A DNA stretch of 63,794 nt, filler included, from Rhabdomonas costata (taxonomy: Eukaryota): assembly GCA_019059605.1 (NCBI GenBank). It is 51 parts of 51 records of this genome, joined end to end, with 100 filler letters (N's around TTAATTAATTAA, not from the genome) between each part and the next. Parts side by side here need not be neighbours in the genome. Positions count along the whole stretch, not along the records: positions 10,022 to 11,174 come from JAHMHO010026001.1; positions 11,275 to 12,427 come from JAHMHO010026002.1; positions 12,528 to 13,680 come from JAHMHO010026003.1; positions 13,781 to 14,933 come from JAHMHO010026004.1; positions 15,034 to 16,186 come from JAHMHO010026005.1; positions 16,287 to 17,439 come from JAHMHO010026006.1; positions 17,540 to 18,692 come from JAHMHO010026007.1; positions 18,793 to 19,945 come from JAHMHO010026008.1; 43 more parts are not named here. One strand, 5' to 3'. Shown here one piece after another: positions 11,125 through 23,896 of this stretch. The position numbers and the translations under genes were made by a program. How positions within the stretch are numbered: the first letter of the stretch is position 1; every line of letters begins with the position of its first letter. The notes under the pieces are model-generated. The model had not been told where the DNA came from. It worked only from the letters and a program-made list of their open reading frames with translations, and did not search any database.

Positions 11125-12328
11125 TTCGTGCTTCACGTCGTGCATTCGAATCCCGGATACGCTTCTGTGCACACNNNNNNNNNNNNNNNNNNNNNNNNNN
11201 NNNNNNNNNNNNNNNNNNTTAATTAATTAANNNNNNNNNNNNNNNNNNNNNNNNNNNNNNNNNNNNNNNNNNNNGAGGCTTCCCTTCTTGGGGTGTACTT
11301 CTCCGTAGCTTCCACGGTCCCTCCATTTTTTATCTGCCATCTTCATCGTGCTCCTGAGTCATGTTCAGCACCCTTCTGTCAACGGTGAAGTGGAGGTCGG
11401 GATGAAAATCCCCGACACCCCCAATTGTCTTTCTTCCACTTCCTCCGTTTTGCTTCTTGCCGGGCAGCGGTATGGTTTTAAGACCCGCTGTCTGACCTTT
11501 GCTATCGGACAACAAAGTGGTGTGCCTATTCCGTCCATGGGGACCCGAGACCCCCACCGATAGGAGGATTGATGAAGCAGGTTATGTAGCTTTGGTGTAC
11601 TGGTGTTGCTTATATATGTGCATTGCAGAATTGCTCCGATTTCAAATTTAAGAACGGAAATTAATCTGTTGGCCCCACGTCCCCACCCTGCCCAAGGCCT
11701 GATGGAGAGGCTTGGTGGGAAATATTGGGCCCTGTATGACACAAATCACGAAGCGACAAAAACCAACTGAGAGCAATCTGGGTAATGAGGGTACTATGAA
11801 CAAGATGTCCTCAGTTCGATTCAGTGGCTTCAGGAATCAGAATACCCACACAATCCACATCTCGCAAACACCCCAAAAAAGATTGAAAATTCGGTGTGCT
11901 GACGGCAGTTACTTCTCAGCCTCTCAGTGAGCCACGAAAAGGTGACGTTTTTGACTTGTGACCTCGCGGGCACAATGCCTGAAGCACTGTTTTTCTCAGA
12001 ACGGCCAGTCGGGTTTGCGGCAGCGGATGTTCCAATAAATGAGTACAATTTGCATTATATTTTTTTGGCGCAATATACGTTTGGGGTGGGGGAGTCCTAA
12101 CAGAAACCTTATACAAAACAGTTCTTCTTTTAGTTAACAAAAACTTGTGACCTGTGAAGAGGTCGAGAGTAAAGCAGCGAACCATCAGGTAGCTGATGTT
12201 GCACCCTCGAAATGACTTTATATCAGTGTAAGGGGGTTTGGTAAACTTTGCCAGTGCTCCCCGAGATGAGTATTCTTGGTTTGCACGTCAAATCTATGCT
12301 GGCTTTGGACTACCCTATGGCTTTTATC

Positions 12329-12422
12329 GTTTTATATTTTATTACCCAATAGGAAAAATTGTTACCTCTGTTACCGTTGTCAGTGGTAACAATTTTTCCT
12401 ATTGGGTAATAAAATATAAAAC
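12329..12422. repeat. Perfect 38-bp inverted repeat with 18-nt loop
   Basis: GTTTTATATTTTATTACCCAATAGGAAAAATTGTTACC (12329-66) and its reverse complement (12385-422). Confidence 0.95.
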
Positions 12423-12587
12423 CAAAANNNNNNNNNNNNNNNNNNNNNNNNNNNNNNNNNNNNNNNNNNNNTTAATTAATTAANNNNNNNNNNNNNNNNN
12501 NNNNNNNNNNNNNNNNNNNNNNNNNNNGGCCCGCGGACGGGCTTTGGGGAGGCCTTTCACTATTCCTCCGTCTCCTCCCTGTCACAG

Positions 12588-13680
12588 GTTATGACGTGCA
12601 GCTCCGCCGTTACGGTTCCCGGAGAGAACGCCACGGTGATCCGCACCCCAACGATCAACGCCTCCTCTTTGGCGGTGTACCAGACCGCTCTGATCACCAC
12701 TGGGGCCACGGTGCACCTCGACTCCACCTCCTCGGCCACGGTGGTGCTTTCGCAGGATTTCAACACCACGGCGACGTACAACTCCACCACCCAGAACGCC
12801 CCCGCGTATACCATCCAGATGGCTCAGGTTTTCATCTTGGTTTCGTGGTAGGGTTGGCTCGTCGCGGTGATGTGCTTTCGGCGCCCGCTGAGGGTTGGGG
12901 GTAGAAAAAAAGTGCACAAAAAAAATTTTTGGACGTAAAAGATGCAGTTGAAATTGACCTCCTGGGAGGTGGGGGTGGACGGTGTGCTTTTCCGCACACC
13001 TTGCTGGTCAACGTGTTGTTTTGTTGGCTTTTCTGACATGCGCAACGTAGTGATGTTTCGCTGCGGACAATGCATGGTTGGTGGAGTTTTTGAGCTTGTC
13101 CTCTTCATACTCCCAGCAAATTATGTAAATCCTGATGGGAACTTCGTGGGCCGTGTATCCTGTGACTGAGAGACGCGGTGGAACGCTCTTTTTCTGCACC
13201 CCATTTTGTTTTATCGTCTCCCCTCATTTACTTGCCTTTCTTTACTATACTTTCCTTGGAAAATCGTCAGAGTCAAAACGTGAGAAAAAATAAACGTGAA
13301 AAAATTTTCCCGAAATTTCACTTATAAAACATTGGCCAAGCCTTCCACGAACGCCTGCTCGCATGCGTTGCCCCATACAAACATCGGTGCGGGAACGCGC
13401 GCAGGTGCAGACCACGGCGCAGTTCAATGCCACGTTCTCCGCCGATGTCACCACGAACACCACGCTGCAGTACTTCGTGCCGCTGGTCTCGCCGTATTCC
13501 GTGGCGCTGGGCGACTCCTCGGGCGGGGAGGTCCCCGTGAACGGCAGCAACATCACTCTCACCATGGGCTGCCCCACCTGCGGCCCTGGCGCGGCGGGCC
13601 TTCTGACGGACCGCTCCGAGGGAGTGGTGCTGTACCTCCCCTTGGCCACCAACCTCTCTGACCTCTCCGGCAACAACCCC
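12588..13680 (+). CDS. Two exons of a large Thr/Ser-rich extracellular glycoprotein leading into a LamG/concanavalin-like domain
   Basis: Exons 12588-12827 and 13405->13680 with a phase-0 GT-AG intron. Many NxS/T sequons. Ends in GVVLYLPLATNLSDLSGNN, typical of the start of LamG-like domains. Confidence 0.75.
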
Positions 13681-14372
13681 NNNNNNNNNNNNNNNNNNNN
13701 NNNNNNNNNNNNNNNNNNNNNNNNTTAATTAATTAANNNNNNNNNNNNNNNNNNNNNNNNNNNNNNNNNNNNNNNNNNNNGGTGGGGGGGGAGAAGCCAC
13801 CTTCCTCCATTGATGCAGGAACTGCCGTACAAAAGCCCGCTCTTTGCAAGAGATTAGGAGAGAGGATACGACGAGCTGAGCGGCGGCTCCAAGAGGCGAG
13901 GTGCTGGAGGGAATTCGTCAGCATGAGGGAGGGGGACGACGGAAACGGTACCACTAGGGAAGGTGCCACCAGCTTCCAATAAGTGGAGCAACGAGGATGA
14001 GCTACTCGCACCCTCAAAAGATGTGAGCCCTGGGGGAAAGTGAACGAGTCGTTCCCATAAAAATTCACACCGCGTTTGCGCGCGCGCACATGCTGCAAGG
14101 CACAGACTTTTTAGAAATGCTCCACGCCATAGCCCTCACAAAGATGGCGGAGTAAATTGTTCTCCTCCCCATCGCTCTGGTCAGCCGCAGGAGTACTGTC
14201 TAGCTTCCTTTCTTGTGTCGAGGGGGAAGATGTTTCCATTTCAGTATGATGTACACGCATGCCTCATCTTTGAGTCTCAAACTGAACGTATAACCGCATT
14301 CTCGTTGTATCTGTTCTTTGGGCTAACTTTTCTTGTCCTGGCTTTGTGACCCATTCTTTTTCATGTTCCTAG

Positions 14373-14509
14373 GCACTGCCACCGCCACGAGTACCCCATT
14401 CCCAACAGGCCTCACGTTTGAAGTTGACCTATTAGGCTTCCCGCTGAGCTGGTTCTTCCCGGCGCATTTCGTGCTCGCACTGGCCAGTGCCCTGAACCTC
14501 ACCGCAGAG
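14373..14509 (+). CDS. Isolated exon, probable surface protein (TATATSTPFPTGLTFEVDLLGFPLSWFFPAHFVLALASALNLTAE)
   Basis: Pyrimidine tract plus TAG acceptor, GAG|GTTGGC donor, coding-like composition. Confidence 0.45.
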
Positions 14510-15458
14510 GTTGGCCCCAATTTTTCTGTGGTGGTTGCTCACCTGCAAGGAAAGCGGCCGGACCCACCGATAAGGGGTCCTGAATGCCAAGACCACCGTT
14601 TCGGAGAAAGGCTCACCCAACAGGGAGAAAAGCCACTATCGCACAAAAGGGGAGCAGGAGCGCAAAGGGGATGGTACGAGATGCGTACACAAGCTTGCAC
14701 GAACCCAAGCAAGAACGAAGAATCTGCAGGCTCGTCTGCGGACAATCGTTCTGTGGCAGTCTCTCCGTGAAACCCTCGAAGTCCCGATCTCGTTTGGAAC
14801 AAAACTCATCGAGATGGTCATCAGGTCCTTTATAACGTCCTAAAACCTTCACACCCGTGAACAAGGACACAACGGAGAATTTGTGGAGTATTGAGTCGGG
14901 TGGAATGAGTGAGGGATCGGTCCACACACCCCCNNNNNNNNNNNNNNNNNNNNNNNNNNNNNNNNNNNNNNNNNNNNTTAATTAATTAANNNNNNNNNNN
15001 NNNNNNNNNNNNNNNNNNNNNNNNNNNNNNNNNATCTCATGGGTCGTGTGGGCGGACACCGGATATGAAGTGCTGATTCCGAGCATGGTGTGAAGGAGGT
15101 AGTGAATAGCGAGACACGAAGGCTGGCGAAGTAGTTGCCTTTTGGTGGGGTCGTGTGATTGAAGTGCACCAAACCCCGTGATGGCATTCATTTACATTGG
15201 TTGGGACCTCCCTGGTTTCAGGGGTTGCTTTTAAAGGCATAGATCGGAGCACAAAGGACGGGCATTAATTAATAGTGGTATTAATGTATGTGGGAGGAGT
15301 GCAGGTGATTCCTTATACCAAGCGCTGTTTGTATGGAAGAGAACAAGTCCTACCTCAGTGATCCAACTCAGAACATTATTAATTAGATCATGAGCCCTTC
15401 TTCCAGCACTCACACACCAAACAAGCAAATATTGCGTCTCTTCGGGGACTGCCTGCAG

Positions 15459-15751
15459 GCTTCACCTACGACACTGAGGCCAATCGGATGATCACCAGGA
15501 CCCATCGGTACTGGCAGATGCGCCTGGATCGAGTGATGGCCCGTCTTGACCCAGCCCACCTGCGGCTCCACGCCATTTCCGTCTTCGCGGACACGCCACT
15601 GAAACCCACTGTCCCATTCGGCCCTCATTCACCGGCAAAGAAGCCAAAGGTGCCGATAGAAATGGATTCAGTTACCCACCCGACTGAGGAGGACGTGCTC
15701 TTTCCTTCTGACCATTTTGGTTTTGTTGTGGACATAACGGTTTTGCCATAA
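15459..15751 (+). CDS. Last exon of a TDP2-like EEP-family phosphodiesterase
   Basis: GFTYDTEANRM...RLDRV...LFPSDHFGFVVDI*, carrying the TYD..N.M, R.DR and PSDH motifs of TDP2/EEP C-termini. CAG acceptor at 15456-58. Confidence 0.85.
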
Positions 15752-16286
15752 GGTTATTCCCCTTGTGACCTCCTTCCCCCTTTTGCACCCTTCGTGTCGT
15801 TCCCTTCACTTCCTCCTGGCTTTGCCCTAGACTTTGTGTGTGCTCCATTTCAGCGTCAACTGGGGGGTTACAGCAAAGGGGCATTGATATAAACGGATCA
15901 CCCCCACACGGACCGCCTTTCCACCGAGACCGCATATTCTGCTTTTACATTTTCGCGTTCCGAGTGCCGGGCCCACGCAGAAGCAGCAAGGAAAAAGAAC
16001 ACCACATTGGTCAGAGGGGCAGTCCCGGCTCCCACTCCTCCAACGCAGGAAAGGCGACGCGCACAGCAAAAGAAAACGGATGGCAACAAACCTTTTATTT
16101 GCTCATGGGCACGAGCCGGAAAACCGGGCGCAACGCAGCCTGAATGCTGAAGCAATGTTTAACATCGGAATTAGAAAACCAAACAANNNNNNNNNNNNNN
16201 NNNNNNNNNNNNNNNNNNNNNNNNNNNNNNTTAATTAATTAANNNNNNNNNNNNNNNNNNNNNNNNNNNNNNNNNNNNNNNNNNNN

Positions 16287-17439
16287 TTTTTGGTGGAGGG
16301 CCTGCCCCAGGGCTACCGCGGTGATCGCGCTGATCCTCGTTGCTGTGAGGTCGAGGTGCCGCAGCTGGCACCCTGGCTGGCCCAAGACCTGCGCCACCGC
16401 CACCCCAGCCTCGTCGCCGAAGCGGTTGGAGCTGAGGTCGAGCACCTGCAGCGTGGGATTGGCGGCCAGGGCGGTGGCCAGGGCCACCACGGATCTCGGG
16501 GTGAGGGTGGTGTTGGAGAGGTAGAGCTCCACCAGGCAGGTGCTCTGGCGCAGCTGCCGCGCTAGCTCGCGGAGGGAGCTGTAGTGGAACCCCCGGGCGG
16601 GCTGGTGGTGCCTCAGTGCGTTATTAGACTGGAACCGCAGCACTTCCAGGCGGACTCGGACGCGCTTACAGTCCAGCAAGGTGCCCAGCGCCCGCACGGC
16701 GCCGTTGCCCAGGCTGAGATTGGAGGAGAGGTCCACACTACGGATGGAGCTGCTGTGGGCTATCCCCTGCACGAGGATTTCCACAGAGGCGTCCAGGAGC
16801 CCGCACTGAGTGAGTACAACCTCACGCACCCCAGAGTTGGCCTGGAACGCCGCGGAGAGCATTCGGCAGTCCTCCGTGGTGAGGGTCAGCCCGTGCACCA
16901 CGACAACCTTCACGGAGCGGTTGGACTTCAGGGCCTCTGCGAGGGCTTTCAAGTGGGGGTAGAGTTCCGGGGTGATCTCCAGCCGAACCGCAGCCTTGTC
17001 ATTGGTGTAAAGCATCTCCTCCAGCTCCAGAACGTCCGAGGGAATGGCGTGGTCGGCCAGAAGCAGCGCCTATGGAGCGGCACACACAGCGTAGACCAAC
17101 GGCAAACAAGCAGGGTACCCGTCGGAACCCATGAGCCATCATGGGAAAACGCAAAAAAAAAAATCGCAGAAGGTGGAACGCGAGTCCGCAAGGTGAGCCC
17201 TTGACGAGTTCTCCTAGGTGAGTTGAGGAGTAACCCAATTTAGAAGCACAGGCATGCCAACTGACCAGTCCCCTTGTTTTCTGGAAAATGCAAAACACGC
17301 TCATCCTACGTTCCCCTTTCTGAGTGTTCCCCTCGGAGACCTCGCCGCGCTGCTTCGAGGTCTTGCTGATGATCTCCCCCGAGCGCAGCAGGCCGATCAG
17401 GGAGGCCACCAGCAGGCTGCTGGGGAAGTCTGTGGGATC
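16287..17439 (-). CDS. Ribonuclease-inhibitor-type (NLRC3-like) leucine-rich repeat protein, two exons
   Basis: Exons 17439-17341 and 17069-<16287 with a phase-0 GT-AG intron. Repeats such as LQVLDLSSNRFGDEAGVAVAQVL and LVELYLSNTTLTPRSVVALATAL. Confidence 0.9.
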
Positions 17440-18147
17440 NNNNNNNNNNNNNNNNNNNNNNNNNNNNNNNNNNNNNNNNNNNNTTAATTAATTAANNNNN
17501 NNNNNNNNNNNNNNNNNNNNNNNNNNNNNNNNNNNNNNNGTGGTGGGTGTGTTTGGGTGGGGGGGGGGCAGAAGTCACTGCACCAGAAGAGGGGTTCTCA
17601 TGATGTAGACATTGCATCGTTTTCTAACCCCTTGCAAGTCGTATCTCCATTCACAAGGACCATGCATCGTTCATCGCCCTCAAACTCCTTGCGAGACCCA
17701 GGACCGATTTGACTGGACTTTGAGGAAAGCTGTTTGCAATTGTCTGGAACTGTGAGCGGATATAAATGATGAACGAACAGGGTGGGGGTTCATTTGCGAA
17801 GCGGTCGGGGGAGGTATCAAACCGCATAAGATTTAATACAGTGTAGTTGATATAAGGCAAAGTATGAGACCAGTCTATGGGGCTTGACCATCCCTGGTTT
17901 CCAAACTTCCAAACTTGCGTGTTGTTTGCCCCAGGCAACGTCTCCGTATCAGCCACGCGCTTCGGCCGTTTAAAATTTGGGTGAATGGGACATTGTATGT
18001 TTCATAGGCAATCGCTTTGATGAGTGATAGCATGATTACCAATTGTGATTAGCACAACTGGCGCACGCACCCACACAGCACTAGTAGCAAAAACCATATA
18101 AATGCCCTCTAGATGCCTCTTTAACGTTTGCCATTTGCTCTTTACAG

Positions 18148-18532
18148 ACTCGGGAGGGTTTGTGGTTCATAAGACCTCAGTGTCCACCATCCAGGTGCAG
18201 CGGGAACTCTCCCTATGGGTGCGCAAGGCCACTGCAACATGGAAGGAGGTGTGGTCACGGTGTAGGGCAGCACTTTGTTCGCCCAACTTTTGGGATCCAA
18301 ACCGAGCTTTGCCCTTGTGAACAGCTGGGAAGAGCTGTCGGAGCTCTCTGCATCTCTACGTCTCATCCACTCGTCGCTGAAGAAGTGAATTAATGCAACT
18401 TTTAAGTCCTCTCTATATGGCGGCGCTGACAGCGTCTCGTTATCGATTCAGCACTCTCATTCATCCTTCCTCCGAAACCTTTTTCTTTTCACAGCAAGCG
18501 CTGATCGCGTTCCGGAGGCTTGTTGACAGCGA
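18148..18532 (+). CDS. Two putative short exons of an unknown protein
   Basis: ACAG|...SGGFVVHKTSVSTIQVQRELSLWVRKATATWKE|GTGTGG and ACAG|QALIAFRRLVDS|GT, in compatible phase. No homology recognised. Confidence 0.35.
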
Positions 18533-19005
18533 GTGCACGTTTTGAACGACGGACAAGATCACTCTGTTGTTTGTTGTTGTACTGTCGGATGTAGAAACTG
18601 TTTGTACAGATTTGACAACCAGGGAATATCGAGGCAGTAAGTTTTTCCAAGCGATGCAGCCAGGACAACTTTTCGGCGAAAAACAAAACACANNNNNNNN
18701 NNNNNNNNNNNNNNNNNNNNNNNNNNNNNNNNNNNNTTAATTAATTAANNNNNNNNNNNNNNNNNNNNNNNNNNNNNNNNNNNNNNNNNNNNGTGGGTTG
18801 GGGAGTCATTCTCCATGTCACCATTGAGACCTTTGAACTTGAATGAGGAAAAAGAAGGGAATGCCTTTACATGGAGAAGCGGATTTCTGACGTTTCTTTG
18901 TCGGCATTATCTTGTCAGAAGTTGAATAAAATGAAACTTTTTTCATGACTGAACCTGAACCTGGGAGGAGAAGCCCCCGTTGCAACTTGAACCTTCATCT
19001 TGCAG

Positions 19006-19468
19006 AGACCCTGCGGGAGTACCGGCTGCGAGTTCTTCTTATGGCGCTGAGCACGGTGGCGTCGGATTTGCGGATACGGACGTACAACCTCCTGGACGAC
19101 TCCGCGGTGCCCTTTCCCTTCATTGCGGTCGCCCCCAAGATTGAGTACTGGTGCGGGCACTGGCGCCCACGCGCTGCCTCAGCTTCTTCTCTGTTACCTT
19201 CGTAAGGCGAATTTCCGGGGGTTTCCGTGACATCCCTCTCCGTTGTAACCGGAGAGTAATTGAACACTCGCTGCTTCTTTGACTCCGCTAATGTCACATT
19301 TTACCGTTTTTTTGATTCGTGTGCTTGTGGGCGTGGTATGCAGCGGGTTGGCGGAGAAGGACCTTCAGAAGGTTCGGTCCATTCTGAGCACCCAGGCGCG
19401 GGTACGGTTCCAGTCCAGCCCGTACTCCAGCCAGTACCCCTGCGAGTGGCTGGCCTTCGATGCCTTCA
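19006..19468 (+). CDS. Two exons of an uncharacterised protein
   Basis: Exons 19006-19150 and 19344-~19468 with a phase-2 GT-AG intron, reading ...VAPKIEY-C-GLAEKDLQKVRSILSTQARVRFQSSPYSSQYPCEWLAFDAF. Strong GC3 bias. Confidence 0.6.
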
Positions 19469-20996
19469 GTGACGAGACGCAATACTCCGTACTCCCGCAC
19501 CCCCACACAGACCACACCCGCACGCACGCATGGCGCGGTTTCGGTTGCCACCTTGGACAATGTCACCAGGCATTTCTGCTTGCGCTGTGTGCACTAGGTT
19601 GTTGGTGAGGGGTTGTTGGGTAATGGGCTCGTTGTAGGGATATTGGATATGGGCCCCACCCCTTTGACAGCAACCAGAGCCTCCCTCTCCCTCCCACCCT
19701 CGTCGCCGCGCTGGCGCAATGGGTTCTTTTGCTTGCGTTTGCGCTTGTGTTGTGTGGTGGTTTGATGCGAGCAACCGCGGGTAGGCTCCCGTCATGCTAT
19801 CTTCGTCTATGTCAGGTCGACACACACCCATGTTGGCACCCATTGTCGTACTAATGTCGTACTCCCATTGAATCGCTCCTTTGCGGTCATCCATTTTCCG
19901 GTCGCCGCGTTCTCCACCACAACCCCAAACACACACACACCAAAANNNNNNNNNNNNNNNNNNNNNNNNNNNNNNNNNNNNNNNNNNNNTTAATTAATTA
20001 ANNNNNNNNNNNNNNNNNNNNNNNNNNNNNNNNNNNNNNNNNNNNTGCTTGGGTGTGTGGTGTGCGTGTGGTAGATTGCTTGTTTTTGAGCGCATCTCTT
20101 TATTCGCGTAAGCCGCCATTCGTGAGTTTCCATTTATTGTGTCAGCGGGGCGCGATGTGATGGTCTGTCGTGGGGCCGGCGCCGTTTTTTTTTGACTTGG
20201 CCTCGCTTTCCGCTTTACCCCAGACCGATTCATTCGATTTTAATTGTAAAATTTCGCAGCTGCAGGTCCAAGGTCCAAGTCAAAAAAAACGGCGCCGGCC
20301 CCACCACAGACCCTTTCCTATGCGCAGTGCTCAATATGTACAGCCGGACAAAACCCGGGCTCTCAGGGGAGGGCCGAGCGGAGAGAGGAGGCCGGGAGAG
20401 CCGTTATGAGAGAAATCCAGAATTGCAGGAACCGACACTCGCACAGGGACACGGCCACGATGAGGGAGCATACATGCATTGCGACACCGCTCAGCAAAAG
20501 GAAAATTTTGAACACAAAAAACGTCGCAGGTGTGCTTTGTGTTTGATACTTGCGTAACAGGACACCATTCACTTCCATACACATCTAGAGAGGATGAGAG
20601 CAACACCCGCGTTGTTCTTCCATGTAGTCCAGTTTTTTCAAGTCTTTTTTTTTAGGAATGAACACTTCCTGGCACCTCAAAGCGGCACCGCACCGGGCCG
20701 TACGGGGACGCTGCCTGGAAAGAACACCCATCATCCTTGTGTGCGTTGTGCAGAAGTCAAACTGAATGCAGCGCTCCCCTCAAACACAAAATTCAGTATT
20801 CCAGTAGTAAAGAAAGAAAGCCCAATACCTGCAAGAAAGCCCAATACCTCGCCCTCATCCATGTACGCACCGGACCCAGTCCTGTTCCTCCGAACCGTCG
20901 AAAAAGCAATTCACCAAACATTCCACAGCACTGTTATGCTTCGCTCTTCTGCACACATACACATCGACATCCATGGAACGGCGGACAATACCACAC

Positions 20997-21110
20997 CAAC
21001 GCAACAGTCCGTCGAAGAGCACGAGGTGCTCGCACAGGACGTCTTGTAGGGCACCAGGACACGCCCAAGGTTGGTGCACGTTGATGTGGCGAGGTTGCAG
21101 CACAGTTGAG
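20997..21110 (-). CDS. Cys-rich repeat exon (QLCCNLATSTCTNLGRVLVPYKTSCASTSCSSTDCCV)
   Basis: Lies between a TTCAG acceptor and a G|GTGTGG donor, in a frame not shown in the ORF track. The C-x4-C-x4-CC pattern is typical of protist surface proteins. Confidence 0.5.
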
Positions 21111-21384
21111 CTGAACGTGTGAAAAGTGATCCGGTCGAGTGACCATTAATGTCCGATTTAGTCCATGACTAACCCCTTCACCACCGACTTCCAGGGCANN
21201 NNNNNNNNNNNNNNNNNNNNNNNNNNNNNNNNNNNNNNNNNNTTAATTAATTAANNNNNNNNNNNNNNNNNNNNNNNNNNNNNNNNNNNNNNNNNNNNGG
21301 TGTGGGGGGCACCAGGGTCCAGCTTCACCCCTGCCTCCCATCGCTGAAGCTGGACCCTGGTGCCACCCACTAACCCGATAAAAG

Positions 21385-21602
21385 GAGAGAACTGCCTCCA
21401 CCTGGCGATTATCAAGCGGTGCCCTTCCGCTGTACAGTACTACCTCAGCCGCGAGGCTGAGTTCTACCGCGTCAACCCCGACAGCCGTAAGCGCCCCTTG
21501 GTGGAGGACCGGGCCACCGGGGTGTTCTTCCAGCTGGATGGCAGCTGCGGGTACGGGGAGTACCCCCTGTTCTTCGCGGCATGCACCAACCAGCGCGAGA
21601 TG
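21385..21602 (+). CDS. Ankyrin-repeat exon of a TRPV-like ion channel
   Basis: GENCLHLAIIKR...RATGVFFQ...YGEYPLFFAACTNQREM matches the TRPV pattern G.T.LH.AI...A.G.FF...Y.GE.PL..AACTNQ. CTAAC branch-like motif and AAG acceptor. Confidence 0.85.
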
Positions 21603-23896
21603 GCATGTTGTGTGCCCCGCACATCCTTCACTCTATTTTTTTTGTTTCAATTCACCCCCCCCTCCTCCTCCTTATTCACATGGTAAGGACCAGACGTCAA
21701 ACATGAAAATGGTGTCTTCAGCGAGAAATTCGGCACAAGAAGCATGGCCCCTGCTCCTGTACTCCCCTCGCATATCCTCTCCACCCCGCGTTCTACCCCA
21801 GCTTCGCTGGCCTCCCGTCGCAGCACTCTGAGAGTGTGGCTGCAGGCAACATTCCTGAAAAGGCATAACCGAGCATTCAGTGCGCCTTGGTGGGCTTGCA
21901 ACGAAGCCGCAACCACCGCAGAAAAAGGTGTTGAAGGCGCCGCTCACAGCCTACAGCCTTTCAGGAAACGCTCCCTTTTCTTCCGTGGCGACGTTTCGTG
22001 CTATTTTTTACTGCTATTTTTCCTCTTCGCTTCCTCCCTCCTTTTTAACAATTCTTCCAATCTCCACAGTTCTTCGGTACATTGGACTTTGGACGCTGAA
22101 CAACGGCAGATGTGGTCCGACAATTGTTATCTTTCACAACAGTCTTCAGCTGCCCGTGGGCCAGGAAGCATACGCAAGGCAAAAAGAGGCGAAATGGAGC
22201 TATAATCGCTACAAGCTCCATTTAATTCAAGCTTTAAAGCAATAATACGGGACGAAGAAGGAGGCAGCATAATGGTGGGAGGGGGGGGGGCAGAGTCGGC
22301 CGTGGGAACACAACAACGGAAACCTACGAGGAAACAGCAGCAACAATGCAAGAATATTTGGCATAACTCCAAATTACCGGCCATAAGGAAGATCACGAAA
22401 CACACCAAGAGTCATTGGAAGTAGCCATCACGGATGCAGCACAGCAGGGAACNNNNNNNNNNNNNNNNNNNNNNNNNNNNNNNNNNNNNNNNNNNNTTAA
22501 TTAATTAANNNNNNNNNNNNNNNNNNNNNNNNNNNNNNNNNNNNNNNNNNNNTGTGTGAAAGGGAATGGGGCTTCGACACTTGCATACCGTGCCGGGCTC
22601 AGAATACCTTTATAGATCTCCGGAAATGCTGGTTTACAGCACCTCCCTCCACCAGTACCACGGGTCATAGGTTCGAGAACGTGACCTGGTCAAGTTTACC
22701 AAATCCCTAGATGTGCGTGTGTGTTAGGCGGAATCTGCTCATCAGCTCGGTGTGCGGTGTTCTCCTTTTTCAGGGGGTCGGTTGTCACTGTGCCCCTCAT
22801 CGGATGAGTGTGTGTGGGTCTACCCCGCCTTAATTTCCTCTGGGGCTCTTCATTGATAAAGCCCTGCAAGCCGACAGTCCGCCTGCCAGACAGAATGAGC
22901 GAGCATAGCCATCACCGAGGAAGGGGGCACTCACCCACCACGCACACATTGCTGTCAAGAGAAAGAAAGAGAAAACGGCATCACAACCGGGGGGAAGACA
23001 ACACCTCTATGACAGGATTCGCACTCTCTCGCAGGAGGCCGGATTTCCAGGCATAAAAAAAACCGCGGTGGGTGCGTAGAGGCAAAAACGTACACATCCA
23101 GAAGGACCCCCCCCAAAAAAAAGGAGAGGAAAGGAAAGTAGGAACGGAGGAGGAAAGGAGGCGACGCAGCCACAGGCTGGGAAAATAGGCAAAGGCCCAT
23201 CCGCCATCTGGGATTGGGGTGTCCGTTGCAAAGGGGTTGATGTGTATGTGTGTGGATGTCAGCGTATGCGTGAATGAGGGAGAGGGCCAGAGGGCTCTGC
23301 CTTCCCCGCCAAGGGCGAGTGCATCGGGATTGGGGAGGAGCGAAGCCCCCCCCGCTCCCAAAGCAGCAGAAAGCCCCCTAACCCCCCTAGCTGGTGTCGG
23401 GAAGGTGCTGCTTTTGTTCACCTGCAGAGAAGGACTAGAGCTGTACGTGTGTGTGTGTCTGTCTGAGTGTATGGGTATGGTGGGTAAATGAATCCACTTG
23501 GATCCACAACGTCCTCCCGAGGATGCGGGGTGCGTACTGCCACGATGCCTTCGTCCCCCATCGCCCATCCTAACTTCAGCTCTCTGCTCCGAAGACACCC
23601 TGAGGAAACAGTCAACGAGCATACTAAAAAGGCTCAAGCACTCAAGCACAGCCGAAGACAGCACAGGGACCCAAAGCTAAAAACCGGGAAGCAGACCCCC
23701 AAAAANNNNNNNNNNNNNNNNNNNNNNNNNNNNNNNNNNNNNNNNNNNNTTAATTAATTAANNNNNNNNNNNNNNNNNNNNNNNNNNNNNNNNNNNNNNN
23801 NNNNNTTTTTGGGTGCTGCGATTAGAGCCCTTGTGGTCATTTCTATGCCAGGAGAATGTGGGTTGTTGTTGTTGGTGGTGGTGGTGGGGGGTACAG

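Larger units (their letters stand above)
10022..11174 (+). repeat. 750-bp-period direct repeat (tandem array unit or circle)
   Basis: 10022-10424 reads identically to 10772-11174 (403 bp). The ORF track also shows duplicated peptides offset by 750. Confidence 0.97.

Noticed and set aside
17317-17327. TTTCTGAGTGT resembling the euglenid spliced-leader exon
   Set aside because: Only 11 nt match, the following CTATTTTTTTTCG is absent, and it lies antisense within an LRR-gene intron.
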